A stretch of 62,521 bases of DNA, counting the filler, from Pirum gemmata (Eukaryota): NCBI GenBank assembly GCA_002812295.1. It is 13 parts of 13 records of this genome, joined end to end, with 100 filler letters (N's around TTAATTAATTAA, not from the genome) between each part and the next. Parts side by side here need not be neighbours in the genome. Positions count along the whole stretch, not along the records: positions 38,679 to 43,357 come from PDIN01000940.1; positions 43,458 to 48,147 come from PDIN01000941.1; positions 48,248 to 52,926 come from PDIN01000942.1; positions 53,027 to 57,717 come from PDIN01000943.1; 9 more parts are not named here. The stretch is one strand, 5' to 3'. Under the pieces are notes generated by a model. It ran no database searches and was not told the DNA's origin. It saw only the letters and a list, made by a program, of their open reading frames with translations. Of the stretch, positions 40,385-53,419 are shown in pieces. Position 1 is the first letter of the stretch. The number at the start of each line of letters is the position of its first letter. A program made the position numbers and the translations under genes.

Positions 40385-41213
40385 TAGAAATGCAAATGTG
40401 TAAATGTATATGAAAAAAAAAAAAAAAAAAAAAAAAAATACCAATTTTTAAAATTAGTGGTGGAAATTTTTTTTTTTTTTTTTTTGCGTAAATATTGTAC
40501 ACAATCGAGTAGAAGTAGTGGAGGTAGTAGTAGTGGTAGTAGTGGAGGTAGTAGTAGTGGTGGTGGAGGAGGAGGAGGATATATATGTTTGGACTTCAAT
40601 TTCTAAAATTGAGATAAAGGAAACCTTTATATATATATATATATTATAAGTTAAATCCCCTTCCTCCCTGAATTATGATTTGTTCAGCAATCAAGGTTCC
40701 CAGTATAAATAAAGTGTAGATGAAAAAATCATTCAAAGCAAAAGCAGTTTTTTTTCTTGGTTTTGGACGTGTATTTCTAAAATCGAGATTAGGGAAATTA
40801 TTACCCCCCTCCCCTCATTGGTTCAGTAATCAAAGTTCCTAAGATAAGCGAATTGTAAATGTAAAAAATGTAAAAGCATTCAAAAGATTTTTTTTTATAT
40901 ATATATCGTGTAATGTTGAAAAAGAGATAGGGGAAACGACGGGAAAACCTTTGTGTGTTTTGTTTTTGGTTGTTCATTACCACCTTCTCAATATTATTAT
41001 GTTCAATAATCAAGATACTCAGATAAATGGGATATTTTGAAAGAAACCTGTGTTTTTTTTTTTTTTGATGTTCATCCCACATCTAGTGCTTTTCAGTTAT
41101 TTTTTGTTATCATAAAATGTACAGTAAAGAGTACCAAATTAATGGATTTCATTTATTTGGCATATTTTATTTATCTATTTATTCTTTTAAAAATGTCACT
41201 TTTATGTAACTTT

Positions 41214-42905
41214 CAATAATAACAGAGAAAGGGGCAATAGAAGCCCTCAGGTAAGCTTTAGTCTTCATAAATTGCTATTCTATATACTTTTTTTTAACAT
41301 TACCTGTGTCCCTTTTTGAATTGCATTTGTTATTAACAAAGTTTCAGCTCTAACTCTGGAATTAAGAATAAGTTCAATAATGACCGAGAAAGGGGGCAAT
41401 AAAAGCCCTCAGATAAGTTTTAGTCTTCATAAATTGCTATTCTATATACGTTTATAATATGTTTCCCTTTTTGAATTGCATTTATTAATAACAAAGTTGC
41501 AGTTCTAACTCTGGAATTAAGAATAAGTTCAATAATAACTGAGAAAGGGGGCAATAAAAGATCTCAGATAAGGATTAGTCTTTATAAATTGCTATTCTAT
41601 ATACCTTTTTTTACATTTTTTTGCGACCCTTTTTGAATTGCATTTATTAATATAAACGTTGGAGTTCTAGCTTCGAAATCAAGAATAAGTGCAATAGTAA
41701 TGGTGAAAGGGGAACAGAAACCCTCCCTCACATACGGTTTAGTCTTTTGATAAAATACTATTCTATCCTTTTCTTACGTTTTCTTTTTGAATTGTATTTA
41801 TTAATATCAAAGTTACAGTTCTAGCTCCGAAATTAAGAATAAGTGCAATAATAATGGTAAAAGGGAACAAAAACCATCCCTTACATACGGTTTAGTATTT
41901 TGACAAAATACTATTCTATCCCTTTCTTACATTTTCTGCGACCCTTTTTGAATTGCATTTATTAATAACAAAGTTGCAGTTCTAACTCTGAAATTAAGAA
42001 TAAGTTCAATAATAACAGAGAAAGGGGGTAATAGAAGCCCTCAGATAGGGTTCAATCTTCATAAAATACTATTCTATATATCTTTTTTTACATTATCTGC
42101 GATCCTTTTTGAATTGTATTTATTAATATCAAAGTTACAGTTCTAGCTCCGAAATTAAGAATAAGTGCAATAATAATGGTGAAAGGGGACAACAGAAACC
42201 CACCCTCACATACGGTTTAGTCTTTTGATAAAATACTATTCTATCCTTTTCTTACGTTTTCTGCGATCCTTTTTAAATTGCATTTATTAATAACAAAGTT
42301 GCAGTTCTAAATCTGGAATTAAGAATAAGTTCAATAATAACAGAGAAAGGGGGGTAATAGAACCCCTCAGATAGGGTTTAGTCTTCATAAAATACTATTC
42401 TATATACCTTTTTTTACATTTTCCGCGACTCCCTTTTGAATTGCATTTGTCAACAAAGTTGCAGTTTTCGCATTAGAATTAAGACTAAGTGCAATAATAA
42501 CCGAGAAAGGGGGTAATAAAAGCCCTTAGATACGGTTTTGCCTTGATAAATTACTATTTTATATATGATACCTTTTTTAAGTTTTCTGTGACCCTTTTGA
42601 ATTAAATTTATTAATAACAAAGTTGCTGTTCTAGCTCTGTAATTAAGAATAAGTTCAATACTAAAATTGAAAGGGAGCAATAGCAGCCCTACGATACGGT
42701 TTTGTCTTGATAAATTGCTATTCTATATACCCTTTTTTAAGTTTTCTGCGACCCTTTTGAATTGAATCAATCAATACTAAAGTTGCAGTTCTAGCTCTGT
42801 AATTAAGAATAAATTCAATACTAAACGTGAAAGGGGGCAATATAAGCCCCAAGATACCGTTAGGTCATGATAAACTAACATTCTACATTTCTATTTTTAC
42901 ATTTT
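41214..42905 (+). repeat. ~160-bp satellite, ~11 units, two main subtypes
   Basis: TTAAGAATAAGT(T/G)CAATA recurs every 155-164 bp. Subtype A is AACAGAGAAAGGGGG..ATAGAAGCCCTCAGATA; subtype B is ATGGTGAAAGGGGA.CAGAAACCC.CCCTCACATACGG. Confidence 0.92.
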
Positions 42906-43578
42906 CAGCTACAAAAGACTAGTTTACACTATATTACCAACAACAATAAGTATTATAACAGAAAACCAAAAAGAAAACCAAAAAGAAACTGAACATACAA
43001 ACTAAACAAATACAGCACACTATAGAATAAATAATGATGACAATAATAAAAATATATTAGAATTATTCTCAGGTTTACTCGTAAGACACTTTGGTTTAGG
43101 CTTTGGCTTAGGCTTGAAATCAACCATTCGTAATTCATTTTCATTTTTTTCTAGGTAAGGATTGTCGCCTTTTCAATTTTTTACTACTGTAACTGCTGTT
43201 ACTGGTAATAACAAACAAGAAACAAACAAATAATAAGTTAGCATAAAAACTGACAACAGCAAACCACTACAACAGCCACAACAACCATAACAAGAACAAG
43301 AACATACAACACACAACAAACAACAAACAAAAACAACAAACAACAAACAACAAACAANNNNNNNNNNNNNNNNNNNNNNNNNNNNNNNNNNNNNNNNNNN
43401 NTTAATTAATTAANNNNNNNNNNNNNNNNNNNNNNNNNNNNNNNNNNNNNNNNNNNNAATAGTAATAGTAATAGTAACAGTAATAGTAATATTAATAGTA
43501 ATAGTAATAGTAATAGTAATAGTAATATTAATAGTAGTCTATAATAAAAAGTAAAGGTGAAATTCGTCTTTTCATCAC

Positions 43579-43740
43579 AGTTGTCCTCTCGAACTTTAAT
43601 TTGGTGCTGTTTAAGTGTATAATTGAACTTATTTATAAAATACAGCATTACTTATAAAATAACAAATCAATTAAAACATGTCTGATAGTTTTAATATAAT
43701 AATAATTTGGTATGTTTATTTTAGTTTTCAAACTGGACAA
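43579..43740 (-). mobile_element. MITE family C (~165 bp, short TIR GTTGTCC)
   Basis: Core AAACTATCAGACATGTTTTAATT...AAATTAAAGATTGAGAGGACAAC also at about 7458-7560, 17217-17362, 22253-22398, 24715-24759 (internally deleted), 50595-50680 and 55300-55470. Confidence 0.75.
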
Positions 43741-44032
43741 AACTATTTGAAAAACACGATAACAGCTCTATCAAACTTAGTACTGACCTTGTAACCAATG
43801 AATATACCAACAGCGACCCCTAAACCACCACTAGTCGTTATGAGTTTTAGACTATGTAAGGTAGATGAAGAATCTATTTTAACTGAATCTATTTTTGAAC
43901 TAGGAAAAGACCGAAAATTAGAAATGACGACAATAACAATAAGAATATTGGTTTAAACAACAATAACAACAACAATAAGAACAACAACAGCAACAGTCGT
44001 AGTAGTAAACAACAATAGTAATCAGCAATTCC

Positions 44033-44072
<40 letters not shown>

Positions 44073-45177
44073 TCAATAACAGCAACAACAACAACAACAA
44101 CAACATTAATAATAATAAAATAATAATAACAATATAATAATAATAATAATAACAATAATAATAACAATAATAGTAACAATACTGGTACCAACACCAACAC
44201 CAATACCAACAGCAACACCACCGTCACCACCAACAACAGAAAAAACAACAATATACATAATATAATGCCAATGATAATAATGAAAATAGTAATCACGTTC
44301 AGTAAAATCACCTTTTTGACATGTTTTCTTCCTCTTCTTCAAATAACAATAAAAAGGGCAAGAAAGTAAGAGAATAAAAAATAATATGATATCGATAAAT
44401 AATAAATGAGCAATGACATTGACAATGGCAATGATAAATAACACAAAAGATAATGACAATGATAAGGAAAGGATAAGGATAAAGATAAGGATAAAGATTA
44501 GGATAAAGATTAGGATAAAGATTAGGATAAAGATAAAGATAAAGATAATGATAATGAAAGAAAAAGATGCTGCTGATTAATGGTACTGATATTGGTGATG
44601 ATAACGATAGTGATAATAATAAACGAAAAAATAATAAGGGTAATAATGATAAGATAATGATATATGATAATGGTAGTGATAAGGTAATGATGATGGTAAT
44701 GATTTTTTGATGTTATTGATAATTTGATATACCATATCGATATATTCTATCAATAATAATATCAATAATAATAACAATAATAATAATAATGATAATAATG
44801 ATAAGACTATCAAGTATCAACTATCAACACTTAGATCGACCATGGTCTCTAATAATTATAGAGGACTATCGATAGCTAGCTAGCTAGCTAGTAGCTACTA
44901 GCTAGTCGATACTTAGTAACCCTAACTAACCCTAACCCTAGCTAGCCCTAACTAGCCCTAACCCTAACCCTAACCCTAACCCTAACCCTAACCCTAACCC
45001 TAACCCTAAGAGTAACTATCGATAACCAGTAGTCAACCCGAATGCGGTATGATATTATGATAATGATAGTCTATAGACTAGTAGCTAGCTAGCTAGCTAG
45101 CTAGAAATGTACCGGAGGTTAACCCCGGAGACAAATCCCTGCCCTGCGAATTATTCACGTTGTGTGGTTCTTTTTTT

Positions 45178-45230
<53 letters not shown>

Positions 45231-45384
45231 TTAAACCTGGACCTTACCCCTTTTTTTTTTTACCAAAAAAAAAAAAAAAACCAACACATCACTTTCATTT
45301 ACCAAGCTTAACTCTAACTCTAACGCTAAAGCTAACCCTACCCTAAAGTTAAGCTAACTCTGACCCTAACCCTGACTTATATTT

Positions 45385-48095
45385 TTAATTTTTTATCACT
45401 AGATCGACTTCATATTTCTTGAACGTTTCAATCCAAATATTTTCTTCCCTTTTACTAATACATTCCCAAACAACTGGTGGCTCTTGTAATGATTGTTTAT
45501 TTAAACTACTATTGCTGCTACTAGATAAACTGATCTTATTCCCACTATTACCTCTTTTACGAGTTTGTTGAAATTCAAAAGTATACAGGGCCTTTTCCTC
45601 ATTTTTCATGACAAAAGTTTTAGGAGTGACAAATATTTTACCCTTTTTCAATTTAACAACTTGAACAGGTGCTTGGTTTAACAGAAAAGAATTTTCCGAA
45701 TCGAAAAGTTTAAGATATTTTTTCTCCGAATCTAAAACAGCGTATCTTTCTGTAAAATTTTTCACAATCCCCAAGAATTTTTTTTCTTTTAGAAAAATAG
45801 GGCCATGCGAACTTTCTTCTAAAGTAGAAATTTGTTCTTCAAACAACTCGTGTCGAAAATTAAGTAATCGGCGAATGTTTCTAAAATATTTGATAAACTT
45901 TGCATTTTTTTGCGCAATATCTACAAATTCATTTTTATCAATATCACCAGACTTATCAATATCAGCCATATCGAATTCCATTTCTAACCAGATGGCTGAT
46001 GGAGGTTCTTCAGCGGTAGTAGTTAACATACCCCGAAACATGGCAAAAAATTCTTCTTTATCAATAGTACCATTGCCATCTTCATCAAATATATCAAAGG
46101 CAAACTCTAAAACTTCTTTGGGTTCTTTTGCAAGTTTCATTCCTAAACTTAAGCAAAAATCTCGGATATTCATTAGCTCGTTATTTTTTTTGAACGTCTG
46201 GAATATTTTTATTCCTAAGCCACCATTTTTCATGCTGATAACCTAATGTTATGTATGATACAAAATAAATCAATGAATAAAACGTACAATAATAATAATA
46301 ACGACAATAATAATGTCAATTAAAGAAAATAACTTGAATAATGATAATAATAAAATGAGAAACAGTAATAACAACAACCCCCAAAAAGAGGAAAAATTCA
46401 CAACAGATCAGTAATAATAATATTAATAATATTAATAATAAATACACAACATTAACAATCAATATAACAATCAATAAAATGTATAATAATAATAATAAAA
46501 ATAATTAAAGAAAGAACGTTGAACAACAACAACAACAATAAATAACAACAGCGATAAAAAGTAATATTAAGAAAAATAAAAATTCAAAATACGTTCAAAA
46601 ACAAAACAAAATAAAAACACGTCAATAACCAAACAGACAGTGATATCTAAATGAAAAAAATCAACACACTTCAACAAAAAGCAACACTTAACATTAATTA
46701 ACAGCGACCAAATAATAATAATAATAATAATAATAATGATAATAATAACAAACCAGATCGAAAAAAAAAAAAAAAAAAAAACAGCAAGGAAACTTTCTTC
46801 CTTGACCATTTTTGTGCCATTTCCGAGGTCGTTTAAATCCTTGTAAATGACTAACAAGTCATCCATAGTCAACAATTCAGTCATTGATAATTCAATAAGT
46901 AGTTTTTCGGCCCGGATAGCTGTTAAGATGGCTTTCCATCTATTTCTAGCAATAACCTTTTGAATAGTCTGTTTAGTTTAAAAAGAAAACCAAATTATTA
47001 ATATTTATTCACACAACTATAAAGAACCAGTAGTAATGTATTACTAAATATACGATAAACCAGTAGTAATGTATTAATAAATGTTTTAACAAATATACGA
47101 TATGATGTTGTTAGTTATAATCAAAATAAAAATGATAATAAAAATATACGATATGGTGTTGTTAGTTACAATCAAAATAAAAATGATGCTAAAAATAAAC
47201 ATAGTAACATTGACAAAAATATTTTTAATAATAATAGTGTAGTAGTAAAGAAAATAAATATTATGTGAATAATCATACTACTACCAATAGCACTAAATAA
47301 TAATAATAATAGTTTTAAATGTAATAGAGTTAAAACTATAATAATAATAAAAAGGTTAGCAATAACAAAAAATCAAATGACACTTACAATTCTTAATTTT
47401 CTTCTAGTGTTAAATGCTGTTAATTGTTGAAGGGCAATTTGCATAGAGCTAGTACTTGTAGTTTGTCCTGATAACCAAGGATGTTCCAGTATAGTAGCGC
47501 AAGAAGGCCTATCAGCTGGGTTAATTTGAAGCATTTTAAAAAGCAAATCTTTGCAATCCTCACTTAAATGGGCTAGTTTTTTTGAACTTTGTAATTGGTT
47601 ATGTGTTGATTCAATCCTTGCTAGTATTTGTTGAGGGGAATTTCCCCAAAATGGAAAAGAACCAGCAAGAAACATGAATAATATTACACCACAAGACCAA
47701 ATGTCCGATTTTTCATTGTAAGGTTGTTGCTTTAGTCTTTCCGGTGCCATGTACTCTGAAGTGCCACCCTTTAAAGTTATACTCCGAGTTCTAGAAGCTG
47801 CGGTAGGTTTTCTAATACTACCATTACTCTGGAATACATTCGTTTTTTCGTCCTCGAATATTCTTGCCATACCAAAATCGGTTAGTTTAATAGAAGGTTT
47901 AAATAAAGCTTCTGAGCTCATCATAGTTTCTTCTTTTTTGATAAGCAAATTATCTGGTTTAAGGTCCCTATGGACAATACCACGACAATGACAGTCATTT
48001 AGTCCATTTATTATTTGCCTCATTACGATGGCGATTTGTATTTCAGAATAAGGGGCAGATTTGTTTTGATCAAAATGCTTTAACAACATGGACAG
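45385..48095 (-). CDS. CAMK-group kinase with CaM-binding/autoinhibitory helix, visinin/NCS-like EF-hand domain and C-terminal PH domain (exons 48095-47388, 46968-46783, 46242-45385; 5' exons off the contig)
   Basis: Kinase motifs HRDLKPDN, DFG, GTSEYMAPE, DIWSCGV. Then FNTRRKLRI|TIQKVIARNRW, EF loops DEDGNGTIDKEE and DIDKSGDIDKNE, and PH-like GPIFLKEK...RYAVL...LKLF...EENIWIETF. Both introns are phase-0 GT-AG. Confidence 0.88.
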
Positions 48096-48292
48096 CTGTG
48101 GATGTTAAGGAAAAAGAAATCAGCAAATAATAATAATAATAATAATANNNNNNNNNNNNNNNNNNNNNNNNNNNNNNNNNNNNNNNNNNNNTTAATTAAT
48201 TAANNNNNNNNNNNNNNNNNNNNNNNNNNNNNNNNNNNNNNNNNNNNATAATAATAATAATAATGAAGATAATGATAATGATAATAAACTTA

Positions 48293-48811
48293 CAATAATA
48301 GCTCCACATCATCCGAAAATTCACTGTATTGATTGTGTAAACCAACGCATGTGTACTTTTTTTGTGGTGGTTCCAGAGAGCTCTGAACAGTAGCTGCAGC
48401 AGTAGTGAGGACGCCGGAAGGGGTAACTTTGGGTTGCTTAGCAGCAAAATAGTTATGAAGAGAATTTGTGTTTTTTCTCTTTCTTTCGTTCTTGTCAACG
48501 TTAATAACATTAACAGGAACATTTTCATTTTGCTGCTCGCTTTCTTCGCTTTCCCATTTCAACGATCTTCTAACATGAATAGGAAGTTTCACGTGAGACA
48601 CCAAATGGTCTACTTCGCCTAACCTCCTCCCGGCTCTATGCTTTTTGTCCTTTTTATTGCAAACTAAGCAAGTGAAAGAACCATCGTCATACAAATTGAT
48701 GACTTTGCCATGTATTTGGCTTAAATATGTGTCTTTCGTTTGATCAAAGCACCCCGTTTTTAAATCAATTGGAGCACGTATAAAAGAATATATTTCGGGT
48801 AATGGTATCAT
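48293..48811 (-). CDS. Exon encoding a C2H2-like zinc finger (CLVC...H-x5-H); possibly transposon-derived
   Basis: FTCLVCNKK...DHLVSHVKLPIH, then a basic patch RKRK and LHNYF. Ends at a GTAAGT donor. Confidence 0.55.
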
Positions 48812-49029
48812 TGCACTTGAATAAATAAAATAAAAAACACATACAATAAAAATAAAATAAAAATAAAATAAAAATAAAATAAAATAAAATAAAATAAAAT
48901 AAAATAAAATAAAAATAAAATAAAATAAAATAAAATAAAATAAAACACAACANAGGTGGTATTTGACCGGAAATTAACGTCGAGGGGTAGGTTTTTTGAT
49001 CGTTTTCTTTCGAAATTTCGAGCGATTTA

Positions 49030-49177
49030 GGGAGTGTTCAAATAATACGTCACGTCAAGGGGTAGGTAAGTAGACCGGAAATTAACGTGGAGGGGTCAGG
49101 TCGAGGGGTAGGTAGATAGGGATATTTAAGCCTGTATTTGACCAGAAATTGGCGTTACGTAGTATTTGAAAGCTCCC
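49030..49177 (-). mobile_element. MITE family B (Tourist / PIF-Harbinger-like), TTA target duplication
   Basis: TTA|GGGAGTGTTCAAATA...TATTTGAAAGCTCCC|TTA. Other copies about 20195-20312, 27652-27815, 28103-28270, 48954-48990, 49635-49781, 57554-57685. Confidence 0.9.
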
Positions 49178-49634
49178 TTAGTAAAAAAAGACTAAAAAAA
49201 GCCAAAATCTCAGACATGACTTTTTTGAAAAAAAAAAAAAAAAAAAAATCGGGCAAGATTCGTATTTGGCAAAAAAAAAAAGTGCCCTGAAATTGTAGCT
49301 AGGACGGCCCTTTTTTCATCTTGCCATAAATAATAATTAAGGCAAGTTTCAGGCAAGATTTTTTTTGCCATTCTTAAATGAATAAATAGATAATAAAATA
49401 TACCAAATTAAATGAAATCGTTTTATATTGTATAAATTTGGTACTATTTATTGTATATTTTATGATGACAAAACAACTGAAAAGCACAGTATTAATAGCT
49501 AGATTATCTTTTATAGCTTTTATAGAGCTTTTATACTAGAGCTTTTATAGCTGGTGGCACTGGTATCTGATGTAGTAGTCTACAATACTGACGCTAAAAT
49601 ACTGACGTGCTTGCTGTACATATCCTACCTATAA

Positions 49635-49781
49635 GGGAGTTCAAATAATACGTCACGTCAAGGGGTAGGTAGGTAGGTGGTATTTGACCAGAAATTAACG
49701 TCGAGGGGTAGGGTGGTAGGTAGGGGTATTTGAAGCTGTATTTGACCGGAAATTGGCGTTACGTAGTATTTCAACGCTCTC
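49635..49781 (-). mobile_element. MITE family B copy, TAA target duplication
   Basis: TAA|GGGAGTTCAAATA...TATTTCAACGCTCTC|TAA. Confidence 0.9.
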
Positions 49782-50187
49782 TAAATTCTAATTATTACCC
49801 ATAGACTACTCAGCCTAGTCACTGCCTACAGTGCCTAGCTAGCTAGTCCTAGCTGCCTACTAGCTAGTTTACTAGCTAGGACGGACTAATAAGCTTCTAT
49901 CAAACAGAGATATCAACTGCAGATATCAATATAATATTAGAATATAATAGACTCGAGCCTCTCGAGAGTCTATTTTAAAAATCAGTCTATTTTCGAGAAA
50001 GAACGCACTTTTTGTTTTGTTCGAAATGAGCCCGAAAGCTGCGGGAAAGCACCGTTTTCTTGAAAAAAGGATGGGGGTCCCAAAGTTCCCAACCCGGTCC
50101 CGACCACAGAAGTTCCTTCCCTCAAGTTCTCACAAGTTCCCTCAAGTTCCCACAGTGGGCAGTGAGTGGGCTACTATCATAATAGAC

Positions 50188-50367
50188 GTGCTTTTCAGTT
50201 GTTTTGTCATCATAAAATATACAATAAATAGTACCAAATTAATACAATATGAACCATTTAATTTAATTTGTTGTCTTTTATTATCTATTTATTTAGTTAA
50301 AAATGTCTATTTAAATATTATAACCCTCCAAATAAATATTCAGAGTGACAAAATAAATGAAAAGCAT
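50188..50367 (+). mobile_element. MITE family A, near-complete copy
   Basis: GTGCTTTTCAGTTGTTTTGTCA...TGACAAAATAAATGAAAAGCAT, 180 bp. Confidence 0.9.
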
Positions 50368-51711
50368 GATAGCTCCTAGATGATAGCTCATATTTATAAC
50401 TAGTAGCTAGACCCGGTCAGAAGTTGGCATTCATTATCATCTACTAGTCTAGTCATTATCATAGACTTAGAGTAGTACTAGCTGTAGTAAACTTGTAGTA
50501 AGTCTCGTAAGCCTAGCTAGACTAAGTAGGCGGCCTAGCTAGTAGACTAGACTACTACTAGCTAGCTAGCTAGTAGACTTAGTACGTCGTCACAACTGAA
50601 ATAAAATACCAAATTAATTAAAACATGTCTGATAGTTTAACCATAATGATAATTTGGTATATTTTAATAATATTTCAATTTCGAGCTTGTTCATACATAG
50701 TCTACTGGTAATAGACCTCTAGCTATCAGATAAACTAGCTAGACTATGTAAAACACAGGGCTAAGAAAGCTGCTAAGAAACACAGGGTCAAAAATTCAAA
50801 ATAGGTCAAAAGAGGACAAACTATTTTTTCTAGACTCCTTTTTGGAAAAAAAAAACCCCAATCTGAAATTATTTGACGAATCAAAAGTTTTGTTGGAATT
50901 AATTATTAAAATAAGTTTGAAATGTTCAACTTCAAGCTTACAATTTTTAAAATTTATATTGATTTATTTATTAATATAAGCCCGAAAATTACGAAAAAAA
51001 AAATTCGAACGGAGCTGAATTTTGGCTTTTTTTAACAGCAGAAATTCGAGTTTTCGGGTTTGAGCAGAATTGGGAGAGGCCGCCTAACCCTAACCCTAAC
51101 TAAGGTCACTATCGTCACTCAGTTCATTCACTAACCCTAACTAACTAACTATTATTTTTTATATGATTGATAATAGCAGGATAATAGCTAGACTAGCTAG
51201 CTAGAGGGGTCTACTACTGCAATACTATCGTGCTTTTCATTTGTTTTGTCACTCTGAATATTTATTTGGAGGGTTATAATCTTTAAATTGACACTTTTAA
51301 ATCAATAAATAGATAATAAAATATACCAAATTAAAATATACAATTTATGATGACAAAACAACCAAAACAACTGAAAGGCACTACATAACAATGATGGCTA
51401 GAGCCAAGGGTCTACATTTTCAGCTTCAGTTGCCAGTTGGGCAAGGTACTGGGGCAAGGTATTGATCATGAGGTTGAAGGAACTGTTGAAAATCTGATAT
51501 TGATATTGTGCTTTTCATTTATTTTGTCACTCCGAATATTTATTTGGTTGTTTATAATTTTTAAATTGATGCTTTTAAATAAATAAATACATGATAAAAT
51601 ATACCAAATTAAATGAAATGGATTTATATTGTATTAATTTGGTACTATTTATTGTATATTTTATGAAAATAACTGAAAAGCGTGCTAGGAAAAGCACGAT
51701 AATATTATGAT

Positions 51712-51845
51712 GTGACTGTGCCTGTTGACGTGACTGTGCCTGTTGACGTGACTGTGCCTGTTGCCGATGGCTGTGCCTGTTGCCGATGGCTCCAAGTGTG
51801 CCAGCTGTGCTGTGGCTCAGTGTTGTGTAGCTGTGGCTCCAAGTG
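51712..51845 (+). repeat. 18-bp GC-rich minisatellite
   Basis: GTGACTGTGCCTGTTGAC x3, grading into GGCTGTGCCTGTTGCCGAT. Confidence 0.8.
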
Positions 51846-52401
51846 AGCACTGAGTAGCTAAACTATGGCTTTGGATTAGCTTAGAGCTCTAATTAAAGTT
51901 GCTCGACGCGTATGAAAAATGAACTTTTATTAGCGCTCCAAGCTTTAATATCTACTTGAGCTTATCCAAAGGCTTCTTTAAATGCTAAATGCTAGCTAAA
52001 TGCTGTTAATTGACCAATCAAAAAAAATTATTTACATATTTTGGGTGTTCGACACTGTTCGCAAACTTCAAGAAGTTCAAGTTCAACTTCTATCATAGCT
52101 AGTTCACATTGTCAATTTGTCAGTTGTCACTTCACAACTTCACCTACTCTTCAGTCTTCACCTACTAGCTAGCTCGCTCTAGCTAGGCGGTAGTCGGCGG
52201 TAGTGGCTAGCTAGCTAGGCGGTAGACCCCTAGCTAGCGGTAGACCGGGGGGGGGGGTCTAGTAGACTAGTGGGTCTAGCTCCTAGGGTCTAGCTCTAGG
52301 TAGTAGCTAGCTAGTAGCCAATAGTTAGTAGCCAATAGTTTAGAGTAGATATCATTGGCTGTTATGAATCAGACTTATAATAATATGATAACAGTATGAT
52401 A

Positions 52402-52547
52402 ACTATGGTGCAGACAATTCACCTTTTTTTATGTTCGATAATTTCAAATCTATTTTAAAATATCATATTTATATTACTTATATTGGAAAACTGAAAATTC
52501 TCGAGATATCCAAAAGTTGGGCGTTTTTAAATTGTTTGCTCCATAGT
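52402..52547. mobile_element. MITE family F (TIR ~ACTATGGTGCAAACAATT); related copy ~17675-17860
   Basis: ACTATGGTGCAGACAATT...AATTGTTTGCTCCATAGT. Internal AAAACTGAAAATTCT..CAAAAG..CGTTTTTAAAT is shared by both copies. Confidence 0.65.
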
Positions 52548-53419
52548 CTTATCACGTGGCTATTAGGATCACTTAGGATCACGTGGTATTTATCAGTGGT
52601 ATTTATTATAGTAAAAACAGATATGATAGTAAAAACCAAGGACTTCAAAGTCCTTGTAAAAACTTATCATAAAATATTATAGTGCTTTTCAGTTGTTTTG
52701 TCATCATAAAATAGCTGCCAGCTCTGCTAGCTAGCTAACCAGCATTAACCAACTTGACTATTAACAGTTCTCTATTAACACTCTATTAACCAGCTATGCT
52801 AGCTAGATATCGATAATAGGTAGTACTACGGGTCTATAGACTAGCTAGGGTTAGGGTTCTAGCTAGGTTAGGGTTAGGGACCTTAGTTAGGGTTAGGGTT
52901 AGGGTTTTAGGGTTAGGGTTAGGGTTNNNNNNNNNNNNNNNNNNNNNNNNNNNNNNNNNNNNNNNNNNNNTTAATTAATTAANNNNNNNNNNNNNNNNNN
53001 NNNNNNNNNNNNNNNNNNNNNNNNNNTGATGGTTGTATACGAATGAGAGAGGTGTATGTGTGCATGGGGGAGGGGGGTTAATGAAACATAAATACATTAA
53101 TATTTCGTAGTACGTTATTTAAATCAAATCATTGTATTATATGAGGTTTCAAATGAAAAATTACGAAAATCAAATGATTACAAAACTCTGAAACAAAAAT
53201 ATCAACATCAAATAATTACAATACTGGAATCATTTTAAAATGTTTTTAGCAATACGACTTTTATTTAAATTATTAGTAATACATACATACATGTTGTTAA
53301 GTGATTTAGTCATTGATTATTATTAATGCATTTAACATTTTATAAAAGTAATACATTTAACAATTGTTACTGCGTGATATATTTTTTTTATTTAAACAGC
53401 TACTCATCGATTTACGCTT

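Noticed and set aside
43889..44813. Poly-Leu/Val/Ile ORFs (also 3292, 3307, 6896, 10035, 10775, 33474, 34230, 39683, 39817, 48765)
   Set aside because: Translations of AAT/AAC/AGT/hexamer microsatellites or antisense of Asn-rich coding DNA.
19252..51850. Family of short ORFs sharing FVIIKYTIxSTKLIQYK (19252, 19656, 21701, 41037, 50017, 51575)
   Set aside because: Chance translations of MITE family A. Starts, stops and frames differ between copies.
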